A stretch of DNA of 64,000 nt from an uncultured Actinomycetes bacterium. Lineage in GTDB: Bacteria; Actinomycetota; UBA4738; HRBIN12. A program made the position numbers and the translations under genes. Of the stretch, positions 27,501-38,071 are shown piece by piece; the stretch's first letter is position 1, and each line of letters opens with the position of its first letter. The notes beneath the pieces are model-generated. The model was not told where the DNA came from and did no database searches. It saw only the letters and a program-made list of their open reading frames with translations. Location: positions 286,977 through 350,976 of the forward strand of contig CAVTIC010000006.1 of NCBI GenBank assembly GCA_963734685.1, read 5' to 3'.

Positions 27501-28073
27501 CTACGATCCGCCGAGCTGTCGGTAGCGGAAGCACGACACGACGTGGTCGTTGACGAGACCACACGCCTGCATGAACGCGTAGCAGACCGTCGGGCCGACG
27601 AACCGGAAGCCTCGCCGCCTGAGATCCTTCGACATCGCGAGTGAGGTCTCGGTCTCGGCGGGGACGTCGGTGAGCTCGCGCCACCCGTTCACCACGGGGG
27701 CCCCGTCGACGAACGACCAGAGGAACGCGTCGAGCGAGCCGAGCTCTGCCTGCACATCGAGCACGGCGCGAGCGTTCTGCACGGCGGACTCCACCTTCAG
27801 CCGGTTCCTCACGATGCCCGGGTCGGCGAGCAAGCGGTCGACCTTCGCGGAAGAGAAGCGCGCGACCTTCGCCGGGTCGAAGCCGGCGAACGCGTGCCGG
27901 TACCCGTCTCGCTTGTTGAGGATCGTGGACCAGCTCAGGCCGGCCTGCGCGCCTTCGAGCGTGAGCATCTCGAACAGGCGCACGTCGTCATGGACCGGCG
28001 TACCCCATTCCTCGTCGTGGTAGGCGAGGTAACTGGGTCGGTCGATCGGTGCCCACTCGCATCGCGTGACCAT
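27501..28073 (-). CDS. tag: DNA-3-methyladenine glycosylase I
   Basis: MVTRCEWAPIDRPSYLAYHDEEWGTPVHDD...LEGAQAGLSWSTIL is typical of Tag. TAGGGT lies 7 nt upstream of ATG 28073. An alternative GTG start is at 28082. Confidence 0.88.
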   Translation of the reverse strand: MVTRCEWAPIDRPSYLAYHDEEWGTPVHDDVRLFEMLTLEGAQAGLSWSTILNKRDGYRHAFAGFDPAKVARFSSAKVDRLLADPGIVRNRLKVESAVQNARAVLDVQAELGSLDAFLWSFVDGAPVVNGWRELTDVPAETETSLAMSKDLRRRGFRFVGPTVCYAFMQACGLVNDHVVSCFRYRQLGGS

Positions 28074-28080
28074 GGGCTGC

Positions 28081-28086
28081 ACCCTA
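28081..28086 (-). promoter_or_regulatory. -10-like hexamer TAGGGT, 7 nt upstream of tag ATG
   Basis: TANNNT hexamer with no SD. Confidence 0.4.
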
Positions 28087-28116
28087 CCGACCCCGGCCGA
28101 CTCGACCGATCGGCCC

Positions 28117-29247
28117 TCAGCCGTCGGCGACCACGGTGGCGAGTACGTCGTCGACGAGCGAGAGACCCTTCAGCGTGTGCTCGATGTCGTAGCCGAAGCC
28201 GAACCGGAGCCCCTTCTTCAGGCCGAACATGTCGCCGGGCACGAGGAGCACGCTCCGCTCCTGACGGATGCGCTCGGCGAGGTCGGTGCTCTTGATCGGC
28301 AGGTCGTACTTGACGTAGGCGATCGCTCCCGCCTCGGGCCGACGCCACGAGAAGGCGTCGCGGTGGGTCTCCAGCCACGCCTCGAGCATCGGGTAGTTCG
28401 CGCGGATGATCGCCCGCGTTCGGGCAAGGATCGCCTCGCGAACCTCGGGCAACAGGGCGAAGGCGGCGAGGCGATCGCTCACTGCCGAGGGGGAGAGCGT
28501 CGTGTAATCGTGACGTTCCCGGATGCGCGCGATCATCTTCGGAGGGGCCACCGCCCACCCGACCCGGAGTCCCGGCAGCGCGAACGCTTTCGACAGACCG
28601 CTCGTGACGATCACCCGCTCGTACCGCCCGAAGAACGTGGGCGACGAGATGTCGCTGTCGAGCTCTGCCCCACGGTAGATCTCGTCGGCCACGATCCAGG
28701 CCCCCACGCGGTCGGCGGCCCCCACGACCTCGTTCATCTCGTCCTCGGTCAGCACGTGGCCGGTCGGGTTGTTCGGGTTGCAGATCATCAGGGCCTTCGT
28801 CCGCTTCGTGACCGCGTCGTGCAGTTGGTCGATGTCGAGCTGCCACCCGTCGTCGGCGAGTCGCAGCCGCACGCGGTCGCTCGCGCGACCGAAGAACGAG
28901 CCCAGGCCCCAGCCCTGCATGTAGTTCGGCACCATGAACGCCAGCCGGTCGCCGGGCTCCAGCAGCGCCCACAACGACAGGAAGTTCGCTTCGGAACCGC
29001 CGTTGGCCATCGTCACGTTCTCGGCGGCCGCCCCCGGGTACCAGGCCGCCACGTTCGCTCGGGTCTCCTCGGAGCCCTCCGAGTGCGGGTAACGGAGCCT
29101 GGTTGCCAAGAACGCCTCGGCGTCGGCCGCCGGCCCGAGGAGTTCCCGGATCGTCATCGGCAGCACCCCCGATTCGGACAGGTCGTAGTCGACCTCGTGC
29201 CAGTAGCGGGACTGGTATCGCTCCATCCGGAAACGCTCGATCGTCAT
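28117..29247 (-). CDS. class I/II pyridoxal-phosphate aminotransferase
   Basis: The C-terminal 376 aa of ORF 28117..29985 start at ATG 29247. Blocks are NPNNPTG and SGLSKAFALPGLRVGW (the PLP-binding lysine region). Confidence 0.8.
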   Translation of the reverse strand: MTIERFRMERYQSRYWHEVDYDLSESGVLPMTIRELLGPAADAEAFLATRLRYPHSEGSEETRANVAAWYPGAAAENVTMANGGSEANFLSLWALLEPGDRLAFMVPNYMQGWGLGSFFGRASDRVRLRLADDGWQLDIDQLHDAVTKRTKALMICNPNNPTGHVLTEDEMNEVVGAADRVGAWIVADEIYRGAELDSDISSPTFFGRYERVIVTSGLSKAFALPGLRVGWAVAPPKMIARIRERHDYTTLSPSAVSDRLAAFALLPEVREAILARTRAIIRANYPMLEAWLETHRDAFSWRRPEAGAIAYVKYDLPIKSTDLAERIRQERSVLLVPGDMFGLKKGLRFGFGYDIEHTLKGLSLVDDVLATVVADG

Positions 29248-29308
29248 CGGTCGACCTTTCGTCTCGGTACACCGCGACCGTAGCAGCCGGAGCGCCGTCC
29301 GCGCGGGG

Positions 29309-29314
29309 TAGGCT
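29309..29314 (+). promoter_or_regulatory. -10-like hexamer TAGGCT, 8 nt upstream of GTG 29323
   Basis: TANNNT hexamer with no SD. Confidence 0.4.
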
Positions 29315-29322
29315 CCGGGGCA

Positions 29323-30291
29323 GTGGGTCGGGTCCGCATCGTGCGAGAGGCCGACGTCCGTGCCTCGATCGACATGCGCTCGTGCATCGACGCGTGCGAG
29401 CGCGCCTTCATCGCGTATTCGTCGGGGCGGGCCGAGATCCCTGCGGTGATCCACCTCGACGTGCCCGAGTCGGGGGGCGAGATCCACGTGAAGGCCGGGC
29501 ACCTGCACGGCGCCCCGTACTACGCGGTGAAGGCCGCGAGCGGGTTCTACGGGCTCGAGCCGCCGGCGATCGACGGGCTCGTGATCGTCTTCGACTCGCG
29601 TGACGGATCGCCGGCGGCGTTCCTGCTCGACGGCGGCTACCTGACCGACCTGCGGACGGGCGCGGCGGGGGGTGTGGCGGCGCGCCACCTGGCGCCCGAG
29701 CGTGTGGATCGCGTGGCCGTGGTCGGCACCGGCGCCCAGGCGCGACACCAGGTCGACGCTCTCGCCGAGGTCCGGCCCGGCTTCGGTGAGGTGATGGTGT
29801 GGGGCCGCGACGCCGAGCACGCCTCGAGCGCGGTGGACGACCTCCGCGTTCGACTCGGGGATGGTTGCGCGGTCAAGTATCTCCCCACGGTGAGGGAATC
29901 GGTCGAGGGCGCCGACGTGGTGATCACCTGCACGGCTGCTCGTGAGCCCCTGGTCGAGGCGGCGTGGCTCGCCGCCGGTGCCCACGTCACTGCGGTCGGC
30001 TCCGACGGCGTCGGAAAGCAGGAGCTCGATCCGGAGATCCTCCGCCGGGCCGACGTGCTCGCGGTCGATTCACGCGACCAGTGCGCGCGCCTCGGCGAGC
30101 TGCAGCATGCACCCGAGCAGGCGGGCAGGGCGGTCGAGCTCGGCGCGATCTGCGGGGGCGAGGGCCCGGGCCGCACGGGTGAGGGGCAGCTCACCGTCTG
30201 CGACCTCACCGGCGTCGGGGTACAAGACGTCGCGGCCGCGAACGCCGTGATGGCCGTCGTCGGCGAGCGCGGCGAGACGATCTCGCTGTGA
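29323..30291 (+). CDS. ornithine cyclodeaminase/mu-crystallin family protein
   Basis: ORF 29323..30291 has the YLTDLRTGAAGGVAARHLA and VAVVGTGAQA (NAD-binding) blocks. Confidence 0.8.
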   Translation: MGRVRIVREADVRASIDMRSCIDACERAFIAYSSGRAEIPAVIHLDVPESGGEIHVKAGHLHGAPYYAVKAASGFYGLEPPAIDGLVIVFDSRDGSPAAFLLDGGYLTDLRTGAAGGVAARHLAPERVDRVAVVGTGAQARHQVDALAEVRPGFGEVMVWGRDAEHASSAVDDLRVRLGDGCAVKYLPTVRESVEGADVVITCTAAREPLVEAAWLAAGAHVTAVGSDGVGKQELDPEILRRADVLAVDSRDQCARLGELQHAPEQAGRAVELGAICGGEGPGRTGEGQLTVCDLTGVGVQDVAAANAVMAVVGERGETISL

Positions 30292-31274
30292 CCGGTGCCA
30301 CCCAGGACAGAACCACCGACGAGTGGGCTGCGCTCTTGGAGCCGCTCGCGCGACGAGCGCTCGACTCCTACGACCTCGATGTCACCGGGCTCTCGCTCAT
30401 CACCAACGACTGGAACTGCGTGTTCCGGGTGGACCTTCGTGGAGGATCTCGGCGCGTGTTGCGCGTGAGCCTGCCGAACCGTCGCACCCACGCCGAGGTC
30501 GAGGGCGAGATGGCTTGGCTGGCGGCTCTCGCAGGAGGACCGGTGCCGGTGCCGGCGCCGGTGCGCGCCCGCGACGGCGACCTCGCGGTGGACGCCACCG
30601 CGGTCGGCGTGCCGGGGCCGCGTACGTGCGCCGTGTTCGGATGGCTCGACGGCGTGCAGCTCGTCGACACGATGACGTCTGAGCACATCGCTGCGCTCGG
30701 CGAGGCGACCGCGCGACTCCACCTGCAGGCTTCGTCGTTCCCGGCGCCGCCCGGCATGAAGACGTGGGACTCGCCCTATCCGTTCCTCGAGCCGGAGGTG
30801 CTGTTCAGCGACGAGTTCGCCACGATCGTCGACCCGGCGGGTCGCGATGCGTTCACGCGGGCACGCGCTCGCTCGCTCGAGACCATCGCCCGACTGCGCG
30901 CCGCCGAGGACCCGCGCATGCTCCACGCGGACCTCCACGAAGACAACGCGTTCGTGCAGCCCGACGGACGACTCGCGATCCTCGACTTCGACGATTCGAT
31001 GCTCGGGTGGCCGGTGCAGGACCTGGGCGTCACGGTCTGGGCGCTTGCTGCCCACGACGGGTTCGACGAGCTGGAGCGCGCCTTGCGCGAGGGATACGAG
31101 CGGGTCGCGCCGTGGCCCGAGCGCGAGTCCGGGGAGGTCAGGGTGTTCGCGGCGTCACGCTGCATGATGATGGCGAACTACGTCGTCCAGGACCACGATC
31201 CCCGGTACCGTGCGAAGGCTGCCGAGATGGTCCGCCAGGATGCTGCGACGATCGACCGCCTGCTTCCCGGCTAG
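30288..31274 (+). CDS. phosphotransferase (APH/choline kinase-like) family protein
   Basis: HADLHEDNAFV and ILDFDDS are the catalytic loop and the DFD motif. The GTG start overlaps the upstream stop (GTGA). Confidence 0.75.
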   Translation: MTGATQDRTTDEWAALLEPLARRALDSYDLDVTGLSLITNDWNCVFRVDLRGGSRRVLRVSLPNRRTHAEVEGEMAWLAALAGGPVPVPAPVRARDGDLAVDATAVGVPGPRTCAVFGWLDGVQLVDTMTSEHIAALGEATARLHLQASSFPAPPGMKTWDSPYPFLEPEVLFSDEFATIVDPAGRDAFTRARARSLETIARLRAAEDPRMLHADLHEDNAFVQPDGRLAILDFDDSMLGWPVQDLGVTVWALAAHDGFDELERALREGYERVAPWPERESGEVRVFAASRCMMMANYVVQDHDPRYRAKAAEMVRQDAATIDRLLPG

Positions 31275-31279
31275 GTCGT

Positions 31280-32050
31280 TCAGGCGAGGCCGGCGAGCTT
31301 CTCGAGGATCTCGTCGTGCAGGACACCGTTCGACGACACGGCGCTGCCCCCGTGGGCGGTCGGCGAGCCGTCGATCTGTGTCACCCGCCCGCCGGCTTCC
31401 TCGACCACGACCTGGAACGCGGCGTAGTCCCAGACGTTGAGCTCCGGCTCGATCATCGCCTCGCCGGCGCCTCGCGCGACGAGGGCGTGTCCCCAGAAAT
31501 CGCCGAACCCTCGCGTGCGAGTCGCCTGCCACAGCAGCTCCAGCACGCTCTCGTCGCGTGGCTCGGCGATCCATGACTTCAGCTCGGCGTAGAAGAGCTG
31601 GGCATCGTCCAACCGATCGATCTCGCTCACCCGGATCGTCCGACCGTTCATGCGCGCCCCGCTGCCCCGGACGGCCTCGTAGCGTTCGGCGATCGCAGGG
31701 GCGTTCACGATGCCCATCACGAGCTCGCCGTCGACCTGCAGGGCGATCAGCGTCGCCCAGATCGGGATGCCGCGGGCGAAGTTCGCCGTGGCGTCGATCG
31801 GGTCGACGATCCAGACACGACCCTCGGCGCGGTCCTCACCGCCTTCCTCCTCGCCGAGCACGTGATCGTCGGGGAAGGCCGCCGCGACCTGCTCGCGCAC
31901 CATGGCCTCGATCGACGTGTCGGCTTGCGTCACGACCGTGCGGTCGGCCTTGTGTCGGATCTCGAGCCCGTCCCCGAGGAACAGACCCATGCCGATGTCG
32001 GCGGCGCGGTCGGCCAGCCCGTTCGCGAACGCGAGCTCGTGTTCGAACAC
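31280..32050 (-). CDS. inositol monophosphatase family protein (HisN-like histidinol-phosphatase candidate)
   Basis: The blocks HVLGEEEG, WIVDPIDATANF and WDYAAF are IMPase motifs. It has a GTG start with TAGGCT 7 nt upstream. Confidence 0.8.
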   Translation of the reverse strand: MFEHELAFANGLADRAADIGMGLFLGDGLEIRHKADRTVVTQADTSIEAMVREQVAAAFPDDHVLGEEEGGEDRAEGRVWIVDPIDATANFARGIPIWATLIALQVDGELVMGIVNAPAIAERYEAVRGSGARMNGRTIRVSEIDRLDDAQLFYAELKSWIAEPRDESVLELLWQATRTRGFGDFWGHALVARGAGEAMIEPELNVWDYAAFQVVVEEAGGRVTQIDGSPTAHGGSAVSSNGVLHDEILEKLAGLA

Positions 32051-32057
32051 GCTGCGC

Positions 32058-32063
32058 AGCCTA
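32058..32063 (-). promoter_or_regulatory. -10-like hexamer TAGGCT, 7 nt upstream of GTG 32050
   Basis: TANNNT hexamer with no SD. Confidence 0.4.
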
Positions 32064-32160
32064 GCGGAGCCCGGTGGCCCAGATGAGGCGACCCTCCGCC
32101 GGGTTCCCGACCAATGGCCGACGTCCCGACGGAACGATCTCGGGTAGCCTGAACGGACCT

Positions 32161-33525
32161 ATGCAGACCACGGTCGAGAACACCGAGAAGCACACCGTCA
32201 AGCTCACCGTCGAGATCCCGCCCGACGAGTACTCCAAGGAGCTCGACGCCACCTACAAGAGCATCGCGAACCAGGTCAAGATCCCTGGATTCCGCAAGGG
32301 GAAGGTGCCCAAGCAGATCATCGACGCTCAGATCGGTCGTGACGTCGTGCGCGACGAGTTCCTCGAGCACGCCGTGCCGCGGTACTACCGGCAGGCCGTC
32401 TCCGAGCAGGATCTTGCCCCGATCGCCGACCCGGAGATCGACCTCGACCCCTTCGCCGACGACGCTCCGCTCGTGTTCACGGCGGTGGTCGAGGTACGGC
32501 CGCGGCTCGAGCTGGTCGAAGCCGACTTCACCGGGCTGAAGGTCACGAAGCCGTCGGTCGAGGTCTCCGATCTCGACATCGACGAGTGGATCGATCGGCT
32601 GCGCGAGCGGTTCGCGGAGCTCGAACCGGCCGACCGCCCCGTGATCGAGGGCGACTTCGCGACGATCGACGTCAAGGCCGTCGCCGAGGGGGAGGAGATC
32701 GACGGCCTCACCCGGACCGACTACCTCTACTTCGTCGGATCGGGCGAGTTCGGGCCGGCGCTCGATGCCGAACTGCTGGGGAAGAAGGCCGGCGAGATCC
32801 TCAAGGTCATCGAGGAGATGGGTCACGGCGCCGGCGAGACGCTCGAGGGCAAGCCCGCCGAGCTCACGGTGCTGATCAAGGACGTGAAGGCGCGCCGGTT
32901 GCCCGAGCCCGACGACGACTTCGCCAAGACCGCATCGGAATTCGACACGCTGGAACAGCTCCGCGACGACCTGCGCGAGCGCCTGAGCGAGATGAAGGAA
33001 CGCGAGGCCGTCGCCGTGGTGAGGGACCGCGTGCTCGACGCCATGGTCGACTCGGTGGAGGTCGACATCCCCGAGTCGTTGATCGTCGACGAGACCGAGC
33101 ACCGGGTCGCGAACGCGAAGGAGCGCGCCGAGCGATCGGGCCTCACGATCGAGGACCTGCTCGAGGCCCAAGGCTGGGATGACGAACGACTGCGTGCGGA
33201 TTCCCGCGACCACGCGATCCGGGCGATCAAGGCCGATCTCGCCCTCGAGGGCGTCGCGCGAGCCGAGAAGATCGAGGTCGACGCCGACGACCTGGGCGCC
33301 GAGATCACCTCCCTCGCACAGGCCTACGGGCGCGAACCGAAGGAGCTCGCGAAGCAGCTCGAGCGCACCGGCCAGATCGTGACGCTGGCCGGGGATATCA
33401 TCAGAGGGAAGGCGCTCGATCTGCTCGTCGAGCGGGCCGACATCGAGCCCGAGGCGACCGACGCGGGCGCCGAGGCGACCGAGACCGATCCAGACACCGA
33501 GACCGAAGTCGAGGAGACGGCATGA
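32161..33525 (+). CDS. tig: trigger factor
   Basis: [50 protein letters not shown] is a typical Tig N-terminus. The acidic C-terminal tail is also typical. Confidence 0.92.
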   Translation: MQTTVENTEKHTVKLTVEIPPDEYSKELDATYKSIANQVKIPGFRKGKVPKQIIDAQIGRDVVRDEFLEHAVPRYYRQAVSEQDLAPIADPEIDLDPFADDAPLVFTAVVEVRPRLELVEADFTGLKVTKPSVEVSDLDIDEWIDRLRERFAELEPADRPVIEGDFATIDVKAVAEGEEIDGLTRTDYLYFVGSGEFGPALDAELLGKKAGEILKVIEEMGHGAGETLEGKPAELTVLIKDVKARRLPEPDDDFAKTASEFDTLEQLRDDLRERLSEMKEREAVAVVRDRVLDAMVDSVEVDIPESLIVDETEHRVANAKERAERSGLTIEDLLEAQGWDDERLRADSRDHAIRAIKADLALEGVARAEKIEVDADDLGAEITSLAQAYGREPKELAKQLERTGQIVTLAGDIIRGKALDLLVERADIEPEATDAGAEATETDPDTETEVEETA

Positions 33526-34175
33526 CCGACATGCGATCGAACATCACCGCCAACGACTACCTCGTGCCCGTCGTGGTCGAGCAGACGAGCCGCGGCGAGC
33601 GCTCGTTCGACATCTACTCGCGCCTGCTGAAGGAGCGCATCGTGTTCCTCGGCACCCCGATCGACGACAACGTCTGCAACCTGATCATGGCGCAGCTGCT
33701 GCACCTCGAGTCCGAGGACCCCGACAAGGACATCCACCTGTACATCAACTCGCCGGGTGGCGTCATCACGTCGCTGTTCGCGATCTACGACACGATGCAG
33801 TACATCAAGCCCGACGTGTCCACGATCGTCATGGGCCAGGCGGCGAGCGCCGCCGCGGTGCTGTTGCTCGCCGGAGCGCCGGGGAAGCGCTTCGCCCTCC
33901 CACACTCACGCGTGTTGCTGCATCAGCCTCACGGTGGCGCCGAGGGCCAGGCGGTCGACATCGAGATCCAGGCCAAGGAGATCATCCGTTCGCGCGAGCT
34001 GCTCGACCGGCTCATCTCCCAGCACACCGGCCAGACCCTCGAGAAGGTCACGAAGGACACCGATCGAGACTTCATCCTCACGGCCGACGAGGCCAAGAAC
34101 TACGGGGTGATCGACGAGATCATCACCACCCGCGGGATCGCGGAGCTTGCTTCCGCCGGGGTCGCCGGCGCGTGA
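33522..34175 (+). CDS. clpP: ATP-dependent Clp protease proteolytic subunit
   Basis: Blocks are [27 protein letters not shown] and MGQAASAA (catalytic Ser region). The start has an ATGA overlap with the tig stop. Confidence 0.95.
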   Translation: MTDMRSNITANDYLVPVVVEQTSRGERSFDIYSRLLKERIVFLGTPIDDNVCNLIMAQLLHLESEDPDKDIHLYINSPGGVITSLFAIYDTMQYIKPDVSTIVMGQAASAAAVLLLAGAPGKRFALPHSRVLLHQPHGGAEGQAVDIEIQAKEIIRSRELLDRLISQHTGQTLEKVTKDTDRDFILTADEAKNYGVIDEIITTRGIAELASAGVAGA

Positions 34176-34247
34176 TAATCCGCTGACAGTTTCGGGACGG
34201 GCCCGCGGGCCCGCCCCGTCGGTCCGTCGGAGAGGGAAGAGAGGCAG

Positions 34248-35519
<1,272 letters not shown>

Positions 35520-35664
35520 CCCGCCCGGCACTCGAGAGAGTCTTCCACCGCGACCCGCTCCCGACCTCGAGACCACTCAGCCTCGGGTGGTGGAACTCGG
35601 CGCTCGTCCGTTCCATGATTCCACGGTGGGCAGCGTGCCCCGTCGATCACCAAGGGGGAAATCG

Positions 35665-36234
35665 ATGGATACGGAGATCCGCGCCGAAGCGACCGAGATG
35701 GCGAGGAACTGGTGGCTGTTCCTGATCACCGGGGTCGCCTGGCTGCTGCTGGCGATCCTGGTCCTGCGCTTCGATGTGACCTCGATCGCCGCGGTGGGCG
35801 TCCTGATCGGCGTGATGTTCCTGGGAGCGGCGATCAACGAGTTCATGGCCTCGACCACGGTGCGCGGAGGGTGGCGGTTCGTGCACCTCGCGCTCGGGGC
35901 GTTGTTCGTGCTCGGCGCCCTCTGGGGGTTCTTCCGGCCAGTCAACACGTTCTTCGCGCTCGCATCCGTGCTCGGCTTCCTCCTGGTGCTGAAGGGCACG
36001 ATGGACATCGTCGGAGCCGTGATCACGAAGCCGGTGAACGAGCTGTGGTGGCTGGGGCTCATCGTCGGCATCCTCGAGGTGATGCTGGCGTTCTGGGTAT
36101 CCCAGCAGTACTACCCGGCGCGCGCCGGGCTGATCCTGGTGTGGGTGGGGCTCATGGCGCTCTTCCGGGGCATCACCGAGATCGTGCTGGCCTTCCACCT
36201 GCGTGGAGCCCGCCACCAGCTCGAGGTGGCCTGA
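35665..36234 (+). CDS. HdeD/DUF308 family membrane protein
   Basis: ORF 35587..36234 trimmed to ATG 35665 (AAGGGGGA upstream). It has six hydrophobic helices and the NWWLFLITGVAWLLLAILVL block. Confidence 0.65.
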   Translation: MDTEIRAEATEMARNWWLFLITGVAWLLLAILVLRFDVTSIAAVGVLIGVMFLGAAINEFMASTTVRGGWRFVHLALGALFVLGALWGFFRPVNTFFALASVLGFLLVLKGTMDIVGAVITKPVNELWWLGLIVGILEVMLAFWVSQQYYPARAGLILVWVGLMALFRGITEIVLAFHLRGARHQLEVA

Positions 36235-36266
36235 GCCTGCATCGGTTCTCCCGGCCCGCGATCGGC

Positions 36267-37037
36267 GTGACGGTCGCCCTGTTCGCGTCGTCGGCCTGCG
36301 CCGACCAGGGCTCCACCGGCGACGCCTCTCCTCCGCTCACGGGCATCACGTGGATCCTCGACGCGGGGTCGGTGGAAGCGTTGATCGGCACGACCGCGCC
36401 CGATGCCCGCGCGACGATCCGGTTCGAGGAAGGTGGGCAGACGGGCGGGTCGTCCGGGTGTAACACCTTCGGGGGTACCTACTCGGCGGGTGACGACGAT
36501 TCCATCGCGATCGAGGTCGGATCGATGACCGAGATGGCATGCGAAGAGCCGCTGATGCAGCTCGAGAGCGCGTACGTCGCGGCTCTCGGGTCGGTCGACT
36601 CGTCCGATGTCGCGGGGGACCGCTCGGGACTCACGCTCACGGGGGAGGACATCACGTTGACCTACGCCGCCGAACGACCCGTGCCACTCGAGGGAACCTC
36701 GTGGCGGGTCGACGCCATCGCGACGGGTGGGGATGCCGTCTCGTCGACGAGCGCGGGCTCCGATGCGAGCCTGCGTCTGGAGGACGACCGGGTGAGCGGC
36801 AACGCGAGCTGCAATCAGCTCATGGGCGCCTATGAGGTCGACGGCGATGCGGAGGGCGGCACGATCGCGTTCTCCGACATCGCCACGACGAGGAAGCTGT
36901 GCTCAGGGCGGGTGATGGACCAGGAGCACGCCGTGCTGTCTGCCCTCGAGGCCGCGGCTACCTACTCGATCGAGGGCTCGACGTTGGTCTTCGCCGACGA
37001 CGACGGCACGTTCCTCTTGTCGCTCGTCGGCTCCTGA
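36267..37037 (+). CDS. lipoprotein with two META (HslJ-like) domains
   Basis: The sequence has the lipobox-like ALFASSAC, and GCNTFGGTY and SCNQLMGAY mark two META domains. The start is uncertain; GTG 36267 was chosen. Confidence 0.65.
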   Translation: MTVALFASSACADQGSTGDASPPLTGITWILDAGSVEALIGTTAPDARATIRFEEGGQTGGSSGCNTFGGTYSAGDDDSIAIEVGSMTEMACEEPLMQLESAYVAALGSVDSSDVAGDRSGLTLTGEDITLTYAAERPVPLEGTSWRVDAIATGGDAVSSTSAGSDASLRLEDDRVSGNASCNQLMGAYEVDGDAEGGTIAFSDIATTRKLCSGRVMDQEHAVLSALEAAATYSIEGSTLVFADDDGTFLLSLVGS

Positions 37038-37042
37038 CGCGA

Positions 37043-37071
37043 AGGAGCCCGGCCCGATCGGGGCCGGGCTC
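37043..37071. terminator. perfect 12-bp GC-rich hairpin between convergent genes
   Basis: GGAGCCCGGCCC-gatcg-GGGCCGGGCTCC. It lies 6 nt after the META gene stop and 19 nt after the stop of the convergent gene. Confidence 0.6.
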
Positions 37072-37089
37072 CCAGGCGACGACCTCGGT

Positions 37090-37479
37090 TCAGGAGAGCG
37101 CCTTGCGCTTCAGCGCTTCGTACTCCTCTTGGCTGATCGCTCCGGAGTCCAGCAACTCCTTGGCCTTGGCGATCTCGGCGGAGGGGCCGGCTTCGGCGGC
37201 GGCCTTCTGCACGTACTGCTTGAAGTCGGCGTCGGCCGCCTGCTGTTGGGCGACGTCTCGCCCGGCCATGTCCTTGCCGTGCGCGATCACGTAGATGAAC
37301 AGCGTCAAGACCGGCAAGAACAGCAGGGCGATGAGCCAGACGGCCTTCATGCCACCGGACATGTCGCGGTTCCGGAAGATGTCGAAGATGACCCTGAACA
37401 GGATCATCAGGTACGCGATCATGAAGAAGATCACGATCGTGGTCCACAGGATCTCCCCGAAATCGATCTCTGCCAGCAC
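37090..37479 (-). CDS. PLD-nuclease-N-terminal (PLDc_N) plus SHOCT domain membrane protein
   Basis: ORF 37090..37596 trimmed to GTG 37479 (GGGGGA 8 nt upstream). The hydrophobic N-terminus includes MKAVWLIALLFLPVLTLFIYVI. The C-terminal KELLDSGAISQEEYEALKRKAL is SHOCT-like. Confidence 0.65.
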   Translation of the reverse strand: MLAEIDFGEILWTTIVIFFMIAYLMILFRVIFDIFRNRDMSGGMKAVWLIALLFLPVLTLFIYVIAHGKDMAGRDVAQQQAADADFKQYVQKAAAEAGPSAEIAKAKELLDSGAISQEEYEALKRKALS

Positions 37480-37602
37480 GCGTTGTTCCCCCTTCGTCGT
37501 CGATTGCCGAGGGAGCCTACTCGACTCGGCGGGGGTCGGGCGCGCGCCTCGATGCCCCCGTCGACGGACGACCCGATGCGCGACCGCGGTCGCCACGGGC
37601 CA

Positions 37603-38040
37603 CTACGGCCCAGCCCCATCGACCAGGGATCGAGCTCGGCGGAGCTCCTCCACCGAACCGAGCGATTCGAACAACGCGAGGGCCGCCCCGATCGGGTGCG
37701 GTCTTCGTCGGTGAGGCCCTCCGGCTCTCGGGCCTCTGTGATCGCGAGGTCGGTCCGCGCGACCTCCCATGTGGCTCCATGCTCGAGGAAGCCGGCCCGC
37801 GCCCGCTGCAGCGTCGCTATCCCCTCCTGGGTCGCTCCGTCGTGGCACGCCGCGAGGCCGGCCAGCCGGTCGGCGAACAGCCGTGATCCGACGAGGTCAC
37901 CGTCGTCGGCCGCCGCTCGGACCTCTCGTACGATCTCGTCGGCTCGATCCCAGCCGTCGGCTGCCGGCACCCACTCGCAGAGCGCCTCGAAGTGCGCGGC
38001 ACCTGCGAGGCGCCAGCCCGGTGGACGATGCTCGAAGCGA
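37603..38040 (-). pseudogene. hypothetical helical-repeat protein remnant, no start codon found, one frame break near 37680
   Basis: WRLAGAAHFEALCEW...GIATLQRARAGFLEHGATWEVARTDLAITEARE is in ORF 37431..38201. The tail PIGAALALFESLGSVEELRRARSLV is in ORF 37603..37848. Confidence 0.3.
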
Positions 38041-38058
38041 AAGTCTAGGGCCGTTCCG

Positions 38059-38064
38059 TAGACT
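38059..38064 (+). promoter_or_regulatory. -10-like hexamer TAGACT, 7 nt upstream of valS ATG
   Basis: Third copy of TAGACTGCGC. An inverted TAGACT also lies on the minus strand at 38043-38048. Confidence 0.45.
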
Positions 38065-38071
38065 GCGCCCC

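Noticed and set aside
35712-36266. N-terminal 185 codons of ORF 35712..37037 overlapping the HdeD-like gene
   Set aside because: It is Arg/Gly/Pro-rich out-of-frame overlap with a well-supported membrane protein gene. META-domain homology and the lipobox begin only after 36267.
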